Assembly (NCBI GenBank): GCA_963777605.1
Contig: CAVZRV010000007.1
Span: forward strand, 864,001 to 928,000
DNA: 64,000 nucleotides
Direction of reading: 5' to 3'
Source: an uncultured Acidobacteriota bacterium
GTDB lineage: Bacteria > Acidobacteriota > UBA6911 > RPQK01 > JAPXNP01
The notes under the pieces were generated by a model, which was not told the origin of the DNA, ran no database searches, and saw nothing but the letters and a program-made list of their open reading frames with translations. Made by a program: the position numbers and the translations under genes. Shown here piece after piece: positions 40,772 to 50,349 of the stretch; the first letter of the stretch is position 1; each line of letters starts with the position of its first letter.

Positions 40772-41098
40772 CCGGATCGACCGCGATAAGGGGTGGAACG
40801 AAACCTGCGTTTGGCCCAGAATAGAAGGCGAACGGCGGGTCCGTAACACCAATCCGCGGTTAGGAGGGCTGCAACTTCGGTGCGACCCTGCAACAGCTTA
40901 GGCCAGGCTTGGAGGTTCGGTGGAGCGAGGATTCCTGACAGCGGTGGCCCTGATCGGTGGGGCTTTTCACCCCGGTAATGGCGCAAACGGCTCCCTCCAG
41001 CGTAGATTCAGGTCAAAATCCGGTTCAAATTCAAAGGGTCCGCAAGACCGCTTTCCCCACTTCCCGGGACCTCGGACCAACCCCTGGGGAGTAGTCGA

Positions 41099-41677
41099 AT
41101 GATCGAGATCCGCTTTCATGGGCGAGGCGGACAAGGCGTGGTAGTCGCCTCCGAAATTCTTGCCGCCGCCTTTTTCGCGGAAGGCAAGAATGTGCAGGCT
41201 TTCCCCGCGTTCGGTGTGGAACGGCGGGGTGCCCCGGTGTCCGCATTTCTCCGTGTTGATGACCTGCCGATTCGGCTGCGTTGCCAGATCCAACAGCCCG
41301 ACCATGTGATCGTTCTCGACCCTACCCTCATTGGGGCCATCAACGTCACCGAAGGCATTAAACCCAAAGGATGGGTGCTGATTAACAGCAACCATCCGCC
41401 ACACAAGTTTCAGCAGCTGGCCGGCAACATTTGCCAGATCGCTACCGTCGATGCTTCGGCGATCGCACATTCCCACCGGCTCGGGAATCGAACCAATCCG
41501 ATTGTAAACACGGCAATACTGGGTGCCTTCTCGGGTGTCACTCGTCTGGTCTCAATAGACGCGGTGGTTCAGGCCATAAGGGAGGGGGCTCCCGTGCGGC
41601 CGGAGGAGAACGTGGCTGCGGCCCGGGAAGCCGCCAGACGATCTCAGGTTCTGGCATGGGAGGAGGTTGAGCAATGA
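41099..41677 (+). CDS. porC: 2-oxoacid:ferredoxin oxidoreductase gamma subunit
   Basis: EIRFHGRGGQG, FGVERRGAPV, PIVNTAILGA. Confidence 0.9.
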   Translation: MIEIRFHGRGGQGVVVASEILAAAFFAEGKNVQAFPAFGVERRGAPVSAFLRVDDLPIRLRCQIQQPDHVIVLDPTLIGAINVTEGIKPKGWVLINSNHPPHKFQQLAGNICQIATVDASAIAHSHRLGNRTNPIVNTAILGAFSGVTRLVSIDAVVQAIREGAPVRPEENVAAAREAARRSQVLAWEEVEQ

Positions 41678-42393
41678 CGCTCAAGGGGCGATTCGACCCG
41701 CGAATCGAGGTGTCCGACGTGGCCGTCTCCCAGGGGACGATGGAGTTCAATCGAACCGGCAACTGGCGCTACCTTCGACCGCTTTCGAAGGAAAAGCTTG
41801 CCCCCTGCAGGCGTCTCTGCCCCGCCGATACCGATATTCCCAGGATGTTGTCCCTGGTGGCAGCGGGGCGTCATGAAGAAGCCTATCGCCTGGTTCGTGC
41901 CACCAACCCACTACCCGCAATCTGTGGCCGGGTCTGTTACCACCCGTGCGAGTTGGAGTGCACGCGCAAGTCTATCGATGAAGGTATTGCCGTCCAGGGA
42001 GTGGAGCGTTTCCTCGGCGAACTGGGCCTCGACCTCCCTGAATTTGTCCGGATGACCCTGGGCACTCCCGACTCCGGAGGCCGGCCAAGGCCGGTGGAGG
42101 TCGCCGGCAGCAATCATTTCCTCGAAGCCGACTCCCTGATCGTGGCAGTAGGAGAGGAGGTCGACCTTGGTTTCTGCCGCCGCGAATCCACCGTCGTTCT
42201 CGGGGGAGATGCCGCGACCGGACCCGGTACGGTCGTTAACGCGATTGCCTCGGGCCGCCGGGGCGCTTCGGAGATCCTCGGTTTTCTCGGTCTGGAATCG
42301 ACGGTCCCGCTGGTTCCCGCGCTTCCCACCAACCGGTTCAGCGCCGAGGAGTGTCCCCGAGGCGTGATCGAGCTGGTCGAGGAGGAATCGTGA
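41674..42393 (+). CDS. Internally deleted GltD-like Fe-S flavoprotein (delta-subunit position)
   Basis: TGNWR, CRRLCP and CGRVCYHPCELEC are joined directly to late GltD segments (GRPRPVEVAGS, GGDAATGPGTVVNAIASG) and end in a lone EECPRG. No GxGxxG core. Confidence 0.65.
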   Translation: MTLKGRFDPRIEVSDVAVSQGTMEFNRTGNWRYLRPLSKEKLAPCRRLCPADTDIPRMLSLVAAGRHEEAYRLVRATNPLPAICGRVCYHPCELECTRKSIDEGIAVQGVERFLGELGLDLPEFVRMTLGTPDSGGRPRPVEVAGSNHFLEADSLIVAVGEEVDLGFCRRESTVVLGGDAATGPGTVVNAIASGRRGASEILGFLGLESTVPLVPALPTNRFSAEECPRGVIELVEEES

Positions 42394-43559
42394 CGACGGC
42401 GGTCTCGCCTGGATTCCACGTCATTACCGGCAATCATGCTGTCTCCCACGGAGCCCGACTGGCCCGGGTCGAGGTGATCGCTGCCTATCCCATAACTCCA
42501 CAGACCCAGGTTTCCGAGCTGCTCAGCCAGTTCTGCGAGGACGGATCCCTGCCGGCCCGGTTCATCAAGGTCGAATCAGAACACTCGGCAATGGCCGCGC
42601 TGGTCGGTGCTTCAAGCGCCGGCGCCCGTGCTTTCACGGCCACGTCGGCCCAAGGCCTCGCACTGATGCACGAAATGTTGCACTGGGCCGCGGGCGCGCG
42701 CCTCCCCATCGTGCTGGCCAATATCAACCGGGCGCTGGGTGCTCCCTGGTCGGTTTGGACCGATCAGAACGACAGCCTCTCTCAGCGAGACACGGGCTGG
42801 CTCCAGATCTACTGCGAAAACAACCAGGAGGTCCTTGACACCGTCCTTCAAGCCTACCGAATTGCCGAGACGGTCCGACTTCCCGTGATGTTCGTGCTCG
42901 ACGCGTTCTTTCTTTCCCACACCGCTGAGGCGGTCGAGATCCCGGAGCAGGAGATGGTCGATTCGTACCTGGGTTCGGTGCGCCCCCAAGGCAGACTCGA
43001 TATCGAGGACCCCCGTGCCCTCAACGGCCTGGCCACTCCCGATCGGTACATGGAATACCGTTTCCGGATGCAGCAGGCCATGGACCGGGCCCTGACCGTG
43101 GCGAAGGACGCGGACGAGGCCTTTCACGAGCTATTTGGTCGGCGGTATGGCCTGGTAGATCCCTATCGGTGCAGCGACGATACCGATCTCCTGCTGGTTA
43201 CCTCGGGCACGGTGTCGAGCACGGCAAAGGACGTCGTCGACGAACTGCAGGAGGAGGGTCACAAAGTCGGCCTGCTCAAGATTCGGCTCTTTCGCCCCTT
43301 CCCCGTCGAGCAGGTGAGGAACTGGGCCGCCCGTGCACGTCGAATCGCGGTGATTGATCGAAATATCGGCTTTGGAGTCGGGGGTATCTTCGCGCAGGAA
43401 GTGCGTGCCGCTCTCCACAACCACGTGCCCGTTCCCGTCTACGGGTTCATCGCCGGCTTGGGTGGCCGGGATATCACGCCGAATACCATTCGGGAGATCG
43501 TGCAACAAGCCCAGGAAGGTCCTGCGGCTGAGAGCACATGGATAGGGGTCAAGGAATGA
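42390..43559 (+). CDS. porA: 2-oxoacid:ferredoxin oxidoreductase alpha subunit
   Basis: AYPITPQT, VESEHSAM, TATSAQGL, RLFRPFP, GLGGRDI. Confidence 0.92.
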   Translation: MTTAVSPGFHVITGNHAVSHGARLARVEVIAAYPITPQTQVSELLSQFCEDGSLPARFIKVESEHSAMAALVGASSAGARAFTATSAQGLALMHEMLHWAAGARLPIVLANINRALGAPWSVWTDQNDSLSQRDTGWLQIYCENNQEVLDTVLQAYRIAETVRLPVMFVLDAFFLSHTAEAVEIPEQEMVDSYLGSVRPQGRLDIEDPRALNGLATPDRYMEYRFRMQQAMDRALTVAKDADEAFHELFGRRYGLVDPYRCSDDTDLLLVTSGTVSSTAKDVVDELQEEGHKVGLLKIRLFRPFPVEQVRNWAARARRIAVIDRNIGFGVGGIFAQEVRAALHNHVPVPVYGFIAGLGGRDITPNTIREIVQQAQEGPAAESTWIGVKE

Positions 43560-44081
43560 GCCAGACTGCTCTTTCGAGCATTCCCGAGACGGAGTGGATT
43601 ACACCGGGTCACCTCGGCTGCCAGGGCTGTGGAGCGGCGCTGGCGATGCGGTTCGTCTTGAAGGCACTAGGAGAGAAAACCATCATCGTTCTGCCCGCCT
43701 GTTGCTGGTCGATCATTGCCGGCCCATTTCCGTACTCCTCCGTCAAAGTGCCTTTGATTCATACCGCATTCGAGACCGCGGCTCCTGTGGCCTGCGGTAT
43801 CCGCGCTGCGCTCGATTTCCAAGGGGACCACGAGACGACGGTGCTGGCCTGGGCGGGGGACGGCGCCACTTTCGACATCGGCCTTCAGGCTCTTTCCGCT
43901 CTATGAAGTGGAGAACGGCCGGAATTACACCATCATGGAGGTAGCCGATCCGCTACCCGTCTTGGACTATTTGAGGCCACAGGGCCGCTTCAGCAAGCTG
44001 TCACCGGAAGAAGTTGCCCAGGTCCAGGATCAGGTCGATGATCACTGGAACCGGTTGTGTCAACTGGCCTCGCTGGGCTGA
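43556..44081 (+). pseudogene. porB: 2-oxoacid:ferredoxin oxidoreductase beta subunit with an internal deletion and frameshift
   Basis: GHLGCQGCG..GDGATFDIGLQALS ends at stop 43906. The C-terminal LFPLYEVENG..YLRPQGRF..TGA 44081 is in another frame. The central TPP-binding DNE..NTG region is absent. Confidence 0.8.
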
Positions 44082-44171
44082 GTTGTGAGGTTCGCTTTCG
44101 ACTTCGTTTGTCTTGAGAACAGTCCCGCTTTTGCTTTGTTAGAATCTATTTGGTCGCGACGAGTTTGATGA

Positions 44172-44840
44172 ATGGCGAAAGGTAAAATGAGTTCGGAACC
44201 GGTTCGACTCATGGTAGCTGACGATCATCGAATACTCCTGGATTTGCTCCAGGCAACACTGGGCAACGCTCCGGGAATTCAGATCGTCGGTAAGGCCAGT
44301 GACGGACGAGAGGCCGTTCAGGTTGCCCGGGAATGCCGGCCCGACCTGATCTTGATCGACGTAGACATGCCTGGGATGACCGGCATCGAAGCGACTCGTC
44401 AGATTCTCGACGACAATCCCGAGATTCGAGTGATCGCCCTTTCGGTCCACCAGGACTGGACCACGATATCCGCCATGTTCCAGGCGGGTGCTTATGGCTA
44501 CATCCCAAAAGACTGCGGCTTCCAGGAGCTGCTTACTGCGATTCGCGCGGTAATGAATGGTCAGGTCTATATCAGCCCGGCCGTAGGCTCGGCAGTCATT
44601 TCAGGCGGCACCGATTTGGAGCGGGCGTCTCCCCTCGCGAAGCTCACCGAACGGGAAAAGGAAGTTTTCCGCCTGCTGGCGGCTGGACTCAGTACCAAGG
44701 AAGTCGCCTTCGAGCTGAACCTCAGTATCCACACCGCGCACACCCACCGGCGCAACGTTCTCCGCAAACTGAACCTCAATAATGTCGCTCAACTGATCCG
44801 GCTGTCCATTCAGATTGGCGCGGCTCGTATCGACGATTGA
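44172..44840 (+). CDS. NarL/LuxR-family response regulator (orphan)
   Basis: ADDH, IDVDMPG, GYIPK, LTEREKEV..HRRNVLRKL. Confidence 0.92.
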   Translation: MAKGKMSSEPVRLMVADDHRILLDLLQATLGNAPGIQIVGKASDGREAVQVARECRPDLILIDVDMPGMTGIEATRQILDDNPEIRVIALSVHQDWTTISAMFQAGAYGYIPKDCGFQELLTAIRAVMNGQVYISPAVGSAVISGGTDLERASPLAKLTEREKEVFRLLAAGLSTKEVAFELNLSIHTAHTHRRNVLRKLNLNNVAQLIRLSIQIGAARIDD

Positions 44841-44865
44841 TCCGCCTGACTCTTGTCTTCGTTCT

Positions 44866-44885
44866 TTTGGGGGATCGCCCCCAAA
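44866..44885. terminator. Hairpin downstream of the response regulator
   Basis: TTTGGGGG-ATCG-CCCCCAAA perfect 8-bp stem; no clear U-tract on the + strand. Confidence 0.4.
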
Positions 44886-45447
44886 CGCCAGCTTTGTGAC
44901 TGAACCGGCTCAGGCTTAAGTCCAGGGCTTTGCTGCCGCTTGATTCCGGCCCCTTGCGCCAATCTCACAATTTTCGTGAGGCGCCCCGCGAAATTTCACC
45001 TTCCTGGTTCCTGATCCTGTCATGCAAAGAATTGCCACAGCAACCGATTGATAGAACATGTGGCCGGAACAAGGAAGCAAATTGGCCGTTCTATCCCGGA
45101 ACGATTTCGCCTCACTGAAAGAAACCCTTCACCAAACCCGAAAGCTTCCTCTCCGGCCACTCCGCTATCACCTCGGACACCTCCTTGAGGTTCTTACCCA
45201 GGGAGCTGGAAGTGCCGGGATGTTGTCAAGACTTCAAGCTCTCCTCAGCAGTTCACCAAATCTTTCGCCCGTTCCCATTTTCAACTTCGTGATCCAGCAC
45301 CACCCCCCGACCCCGTACACGACTGCATCCCGCACTTCCATGTCCGGTCAAGACTTGGCAGACCGGCCGCTCTTTGGTTGAGGGCGCCCTGAGTTGCCGC
45401 GCCGCCATCAGCGGCCCGGCTTAAGAAGCCGAAGGAAAATCGCCCTC

Positions 45448-45480
45448 AAAAAAAAGAGGCCCCCTAGACGGGAGCCTCTT
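45448..45480 (-). terminator. Intrinsic terminator of the substrate-binding protein gene
   Basis: Minus-strand GC-rich stem AAGAGGCTCCC..GGGGGCCTC followed by T8. Confidence 0.8.
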
Positions 45481-45509
45481 CTGAAGACACGATGATTGCG
45501 GATTGCGTC

Positions 45510-46676
45510 TTAACCTTTTCGAACCACGACGCCTCCGCTGCTCAGTCGAATAGTGATGGGAACGTTGTCCTTATCGGCGGGTACGATGCTGACCGAAGCG
45601 GAGAAGTTGAACCGCGGTTGAGACAGGGTATAGTTCCCAGGCGGCACGCTTGCTCTTGCCCTACCGACCCGTCCCGCAAAAGTAATCGGCGTAGTCTGAA
45701 TCGTCGCGCCGGTTTCCTGGTTCCGGAACACGAAGGTCAGGTTGGCCAGCTTGTACTGATCAAAATTAAAGTCGGCATCCTTGGAAACTGTAATCGTCAC
45801 ACTCCGAGGAGTCGAGGCCTGTTTCTCTTCTTCAAGTCTGTTGGCACGCCGTTCGTTGATTTCCTGGAGATACCGAATCGCTCCATGCTCTTCCAGCATC
45901 GTCTCGTAGGTATTCTCCTGTTTCATGGTGGAGAGGATCCCATTCACCAGAGTTTGAAGCGGCTTGTCACCCTTCTTTACTGCGACTGCGATATCGATCG
46001 AAGCAATGTCCCCGGGAACGATTTCCATGTACCCGGCACCGGGTGTCGTCGCCAGCGAATATGCAGCCATGTACTGGTCATCGATGACTCCATCGACCTC
46101 ACTGCGGCGCAGGGCCAGGATCGCATCATCCAACGTCTTGTACGGCTCGACCTTGGCGTTCTTGTACTGGCCACGGATCACCTCTTCGACCGCGGTCCCT
46201 TCACGAATGCCGATTTTGGAACTGTCGATCTCCGAGATCTGCACGTCTGTTTGCACCGGGTTAACGACCAAAACCAACCTCGAGGTGTAATAAGTGTCCG
46301 AGAAATCGACTTCCTTCTTCCGCGCTTCAGTGACTCCGAAAACACCCAGGATGAAGTCGATTTCATGGTTTTCGAGAGCGGCGATCAACCCCGGGTAGGA
46401 CCGATTGATCCACATCAGTTTGACGGGGCTTCCACCCTCGGTGTCCCGGGTTTCATCGACCTTCTGGACGATCCGTTTCCCGATTTCGGCATCGGGGCCC
46501 ACCAGTTCCCCTTCTTTCTGGTAAAGCAGTGGTGGTTCGAACGGAACGGTCCCGATATAGGCGATTCGATCCCGCTGCATTTTCGCGATCGTCCCGGTTG
46601 AGTCAGAGCAGGAAACGCTTGCCAGCAACGACCCAACCGCAAACAATCCCAAGACAATAGAGGCTTTTCTCAACAT
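45510..46676 (-). CDS. Amino-acid ABC substrate-binding (SBP family 3) lipoprotein with a C-terminal extension
   Basis: Lipobox-like SVSC, FEPPL, GPDAEI, TEARKKEVDFSDTYY; extra ~110-aa beta-rich tail. Confidence 0.8.
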   Translation of the reverse strand: MLRKASIVLGLFAVGSLLASVSCSDSTGTIAKMQRDRIAYIGTVPFEPPLLYQKEGELVGPDAEIGKRIVQKVDETRDTEGGSPVKLMWINRSYPGLIAALENHEIDFILGVFGVTEARKKEVDFSDTYYTSRLVLVVNPVQTDVQISEIDSSKIGIREGTAVEEVIRGQYKNAKVEPYKTLDDAILALRRSEVDGVIDDQYMAAYSLATTPGAGYMEIVPGDIASIDIAVAVKKGDKPLQTLVNGILSTMKQENTYETMLEEHGAIRYLQEINERRANRLEEEKQASTPRSVTITVSKDADFNFDQYKLANLTFVFRNQETGATIQTTPITFAGRVGRARASVPPGNYTLSQPRFNFSASVSIVPADKDNVPITIRLSSGGVVVRKG

Positions 46677-46710
46677 TGCTTGTCCCCAATCTCGAGCAAA
46701 ATACCGACAA

Positions 46711-46739
46711 ACTATAAAGTTCAGCGCCCGCGAATGCAA
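46711..46739 (-). promoter_or_regulatory. sigma70-like promoter
   Basis: TTGCAT-N17-TATAGT on the minus strand, about 35 nt upstream of ATG 46676. Confidence 0.55.
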
Positions 46740-46807
46740 ATCTAGTGTCCACCACAAGATCTACTTCCCGTGAAAATCAATCAAATTGGGTCGGATTCCA
46801 CCCGAGT

Positions 46808-47440
46808 TCAAGAGTAGAAAGGATTCTCGCCGGAACTGTGATCCGTCGTGTCAAGAACCTCCTCGACCTCCGGAATAAGCTCCCTGATTCTTGCCTCTAC
46901 TCCCTGCTTCAGTGTGACGTCAACCATTCCACAGCCGTGACATCCTCCTCCGAAGGACAGGTAGACCTTATTATCCTTGACACCGGCAAGAGAGATCCTT
47001 CCGCCGTGCGCTGCAACGGCAGGATTCAGTTCCAGATCGAGCAATTGCTGGACTCTCTCTTCCACCGTCCCGTTCAGATCTCCTCGGGGCCCATTGCCTA
47101 CGCTCGGCACTTCCGGCTTGTTCGGATTGTCGAACTTGAACCCGCTACGAACCACACGATCTTCAAAGTCGACCGTCGCACCATTGAGATTGCCGGCACT
47201 CTGTTCGTCGATCAGCAGGGTTAAACCACCCGCGTCGTAACGAAAATCATTGTCGGTCTGCTCGGCGTCTGCGACAAGCCGCATGGCATAACTGAACTGC
47301 GCTGTGCCGTTGGTACGGGCTTCCAGCCGAAGTGCGTTCTTGTCTGACTGCTTTCCGAGCGCCTCCAGGATCTTCTCTTTTGCGACGTCGGTTACGTTGA
47401 TGATGAAACTCTCTCGAGCGTTGTTCGCTAGACTGCTCAT
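46808..47440 (-). CDS. nfuA: Fe-S biogenesis protein NfuA
   Basis: Degenerate A-type N-terminal domain (GFKFDNPN) plus NifU C-terminal domain (HGG, GGGCHGC, DTTDHSSGENPFY). Confidence 0.9.
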   Translation of the reverse strand: MSSLANNARESFIINVTDVAKEKILEALGKQSDKNALRLEARTNGTAQFSYAMRLVADAEQTDNDFRYDAGGLTLLIDEQSAGNLNGATVDFEDRVVRSGFKFDNPNKPEVPSVGNGPRGDLNGTVEERVQQLLDLELNPAVAAHGGRISLAGVKDNKVYLSFGGGCHGCGMVDVTLKQGVEARIRELIPEVEEVLDTTDHSSGENPFYS

Positions 47441-47507
47441 ATTGGAAGTTTAGCAAGTGCGGTCATTTCCTGTAAATAAAGGGTGACAACCGAGACTAGG
47501 AGGCGAG

Positions 47508-47930
47508 ATGAGCAAGATTGTTGCACGTTCCACTAGTAGCCCCTTCACGACCCAACTGTCAACGCGATCTCATACCTGGATTGCCGACGAACCGGATGAA
47601 AGTGGGGGACAGGATATTGGCCCCACCCCTTACGAGCAGTTCCTCGGATCACTTGCCGCTTGCGCCGTTATCACGGCCCAGATGTATGCGAACCGGAAGG
47701 AGTGGCCCCTTGAATCGATCTCGGTGGAAGCCGAACGCCGACTGATCGACGCGCAGGACTGTCCGGACTGCTCCACCCGGAAAGGCAAAGTCTTGGAGGT
47801 GGCGTTCAAAGTACAGATCACCGGACCGCTCACGGAAGAACAGCGGTCGAGAATCTACGACATCGTCGGCCGCTGCCCGGTAAAGCGGGCCGTCGAAGGA
47901 GAGGTCAAGTTCCGCTCGGAGCTTGATTAG
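47508..47930 (+). CDS. OsmC/YhfA family protein
   Basis: ADEP..GGQDIGPTPYE, LAAC, MYANRKEW, RCPV. Confidence 0.88.
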   Translation: MSKIVARSTSSPFTTQLSTRSHTWIADEPDESGGQDIGPTPYEQFLGSLAACAVITAQMYANRKEWPLESISVEAERRLIDAQDCPDCSTRKGKVLEVAFKVQITGPLTEEQRSRIYDIVGRCPVKRAVEGEVKFRSELD

Positions 47931-48187
47931 TGACCTGTCACGCATCATATGGCACTTTCAGCGAGCGCAGGATCTGCACCTGGTTTGGGGCTGCCTGCAG
48001 ATTTTGCGCTCGAACTCGCTTCCCCGTCCTCCCCAGTTTGCTTCTCGTCTCCTGTAAAGCCCCGACATTCAATCACTTATAGAAACGTCGCCTCGGATTG
48101 GCCGGGTTGGTCTGCAGCGTGCGTTATGTATCTGCGTTCACAGACACACGATGACAAACAGATAGAGACGAGAAAAGGAGACAATCA

Positions 48188-48592
48188 ATGAATAGCAAAC
48201 TCGGCAAACTGACCCTTTCGGTTGCATTCGCGGCGCTCCTGATGGCCGCTCCTGCATTCGCTCAGGTCCCCACAACCCCGACCAAGGCAAGCTCCGGTCA
48301 ACAGCGCGGCAAGGCCGCTCAGCATCAGAATCGGGACCAGAACAATGACGGCGTCTGCGACACCTGTGGACGGCCCGTCGGCAGCGGGCAACAGAATGCG
48401 AAAGGCCAGAAGGCCAAGAAAGGCTCCCACTACGGCCCGGGCGACGGCACCGGGAACCAGGGTAATGGTCCGAAAGACGGGACCGGCTACGGCCGCAAAG
48501 CAGGAAACGGCGACCCCAACTCTTGTCCTAACGGCCAGGCGGGTCGAGGCAATCGCGGCGGGCGGGGCGGCAACCGCGGTGGACGAAATTGA
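48188..48592 (+). CDS. Small secreted Gly-rich protein
   Basis: AGGAG RBS, signal peptide (PAFA-Q), DQNNDGVCDTC, GPGDGTG/GPKDGTG repeats, RGG tail. Confidence 0.75.
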   Translation: MNSKLGKLTLSVAFAALLMAAPAFAQVPTTPTKASSGQQRGKAAQHQNRDQNNDGVCDTCGRPVGSGQQNAKGQKAKKGSHYGPGDGTGNQGNGPKDGTGYGRKAGNGDPNSCPNGQAGRGNRGGRGGNRGGRN

Positions 48593-48668
48593 CGACGATC
48601 CACAAGCAAACGACTGAACGGTGAGCAATTTTCCTACGTTTGGTCACCTTCCCTCCTCCTCCTAAATG

Positions 48669-48699
48669 GAAGGGCCGGCGGCAACGTCGGCCCTTCTTC
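48669..48699 (+). terminator. Terminator-like hairpin
   Basis: GAAGGGCCGGCG-GCAA-CGTCGGCCCTTC stem with GNRA loop; weak U-tract. Confidence 0.6.
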
Positions 48700-48759
48700 G
48701 GCTGTTAACCCGTTTTCCTTCTCGCACCCAGGATCCCGGCTGTGCTAGTTTCGTCAGCA

Positions 48760-49747
48760 ATGGACGAGATTGACTGGAAGGCCAGAACCGAGGCAGCCGC
48801 AGATTTTCTGAGAGCGCGGATTCGCGAGACCACCCTGGAATACTCTCCGCGCGTTGACCAGGCTTCTTTCAATCCCTGTCTACCTCAAGCTCGAATGCCT
48901 TCAAATCACGGGTTCGTTCAAGCTCAGAGGGGCGCTATGGAAGATGGCGTCGATTCCAGATGAGGAACGTTCCGGCGGGGTCGTAACCTGTTCGGCGGGC
49001 AACCATGGTTGGGCAGTGGCCTATGCCGGCCGGGAAATGTCGGTCCCGGTTACTGTCTACCTCCCGGCATCGGTCGACCCTTCCAAGATGGCCGGTATCG
49101 AGTCAATGGGAGCCCGAACGGTCGTAACCAGGTTCCCGGGTTTCGACGACACCGAGGAATTCGCACTCGCCGAAGCCGCCCGCCTGGAACTTCCCTACAT
49201 CTCCGCCTTTGATGACTTCGATGTCATGGCCGCCAACGGGGGCACCCTGGCCAGGGAGATCCTCTCCCAGTTGCCCTCCGCCCGCAGCTTCGCAGTGCCT
49301 GTGGGGGGAGGGGGGCTTTCGGCAGGATTGTCTGCGTATCTTGCAGCCACGGGCCGGGCGTTCGAACTCTACGGGTGCCAACTTGAGGCTTCCCCCGCCC
49401 TTAGACTCTCGCTGGAGAGGGGTGCGGCCGTGACCCGGCTTCCAGCCGTCGAGACCCTGGCCGGTGGTTTGGAGGGTGGCATCGGAAGAAACAGCTTTTC
49501 GGTGCTTCGTGAACACATCTCGGGAGCGGTGCTCTTAAGGGAAGACGAACTTTGGCGGGCTGTCTCCTGGCTGATCGCTAATCATCACTACCTCGCCGAG
49601 GTGTCGGCTGTTGCCGGCCTGGCTGCCTGCCTCTCCGGGGAGCTGACTCTCAGTCAGGGGCCTCTGGTAGTTGTGATCACCGGCCGGAACATCTCCACGT
49701 CCCGACTGTTGCAAATCCTGGTAGCCAATCCGACCGCGGCCGACTAG
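48760..49747 (+). CDS. Threonine/serine dehydratase-like PLP enzyme, frameshifted near 48850
   Basis: IRETTLEYSP in one frame, then YLKLECLQITGSFKLRGA, SAGNHG, PVGGGGL, ITGRNI. Confidence 0.85.
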
Positions 49748-49858
49748 AATTTGCTCAGTGGCTGTGTTACGAAGAATTGGGATCTGGAAGCGTAGAAGCC
49801 GGTCTTCGACGCACCCGCTGAGGGTTTGCGCTGGCAAGAACCGAACACGGAGCTGGAA

Positions 49859-50230
49859 ATGCAAGTCGATATTCGACATGTGGACGACGTAATCGTAGTG
49901 GACCTGGCTGGCCGCATGGTCGCAGGCGTAGGCGAGAAGATCCTTCACGACATCATGAATCAGCTGGTCGCTGAAGGCTGGAAACGGATTCTCCTCAACC
50001 TCTCGGGGGTGAGTTGGATTGACAGCGGGGGAATTGGAGAACTGGTCGCAAGTTTGAAAATGGCCAAGCGTTTTGGTGTCACCGTCAAGCTGCTTCGAAT
50101 TGGAGACCGAGTCAAACACATCCTCTCAATCAGCCAAATCCTGCCCATGCTGGACGTCTACGAGAGTGAGGAGGAGGCCGTTGTAGCGCTTCGCGCCGCT
50201 TCCGATTCGGGCGACGACGCGGAGATCTGA
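49859..50230 (+). CDS. STAS-domain anti-sigma-factor antagonist
   Basis: ILLNLSGVSWIDSGGIGELV, YESEEEAV. Confidence 0.9.
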   Translation: MQVDIRHVDDVIVVDLAGRMVAGVGEKILHDIMNQLVAEGWKRILLNLSGVSWIDSGGIGELVASLKMAKRFGVTVKLLRIGDRVKHILSISQILPMLDVYESEEEAVVALRAASDSGDDAEI

Positions 50231-50349
50231 TCCCGCCGGGCACCTCCAGTTCAGACCCAGTTCAGAATCGTTGCCAGATCCTCCTTCAGCTGTTAGTATT
50301 TCCCTGCCTTGGCGGGGACAACGGGTTCTATCTATCTCTGGAGGAGGTC

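Noticed and set aside
45492-46601. 369-aa plus-strand ORF
   Set aside because: Antisense shadow of the SBP gene, which has its own promoter and terminator.
48108-48123. sigma54 promoter (GG-N10-GC) before the Gly-rich protein
   Set aside because: Only the dinucleotides match; the TGGCAC/TTGC context is poor.
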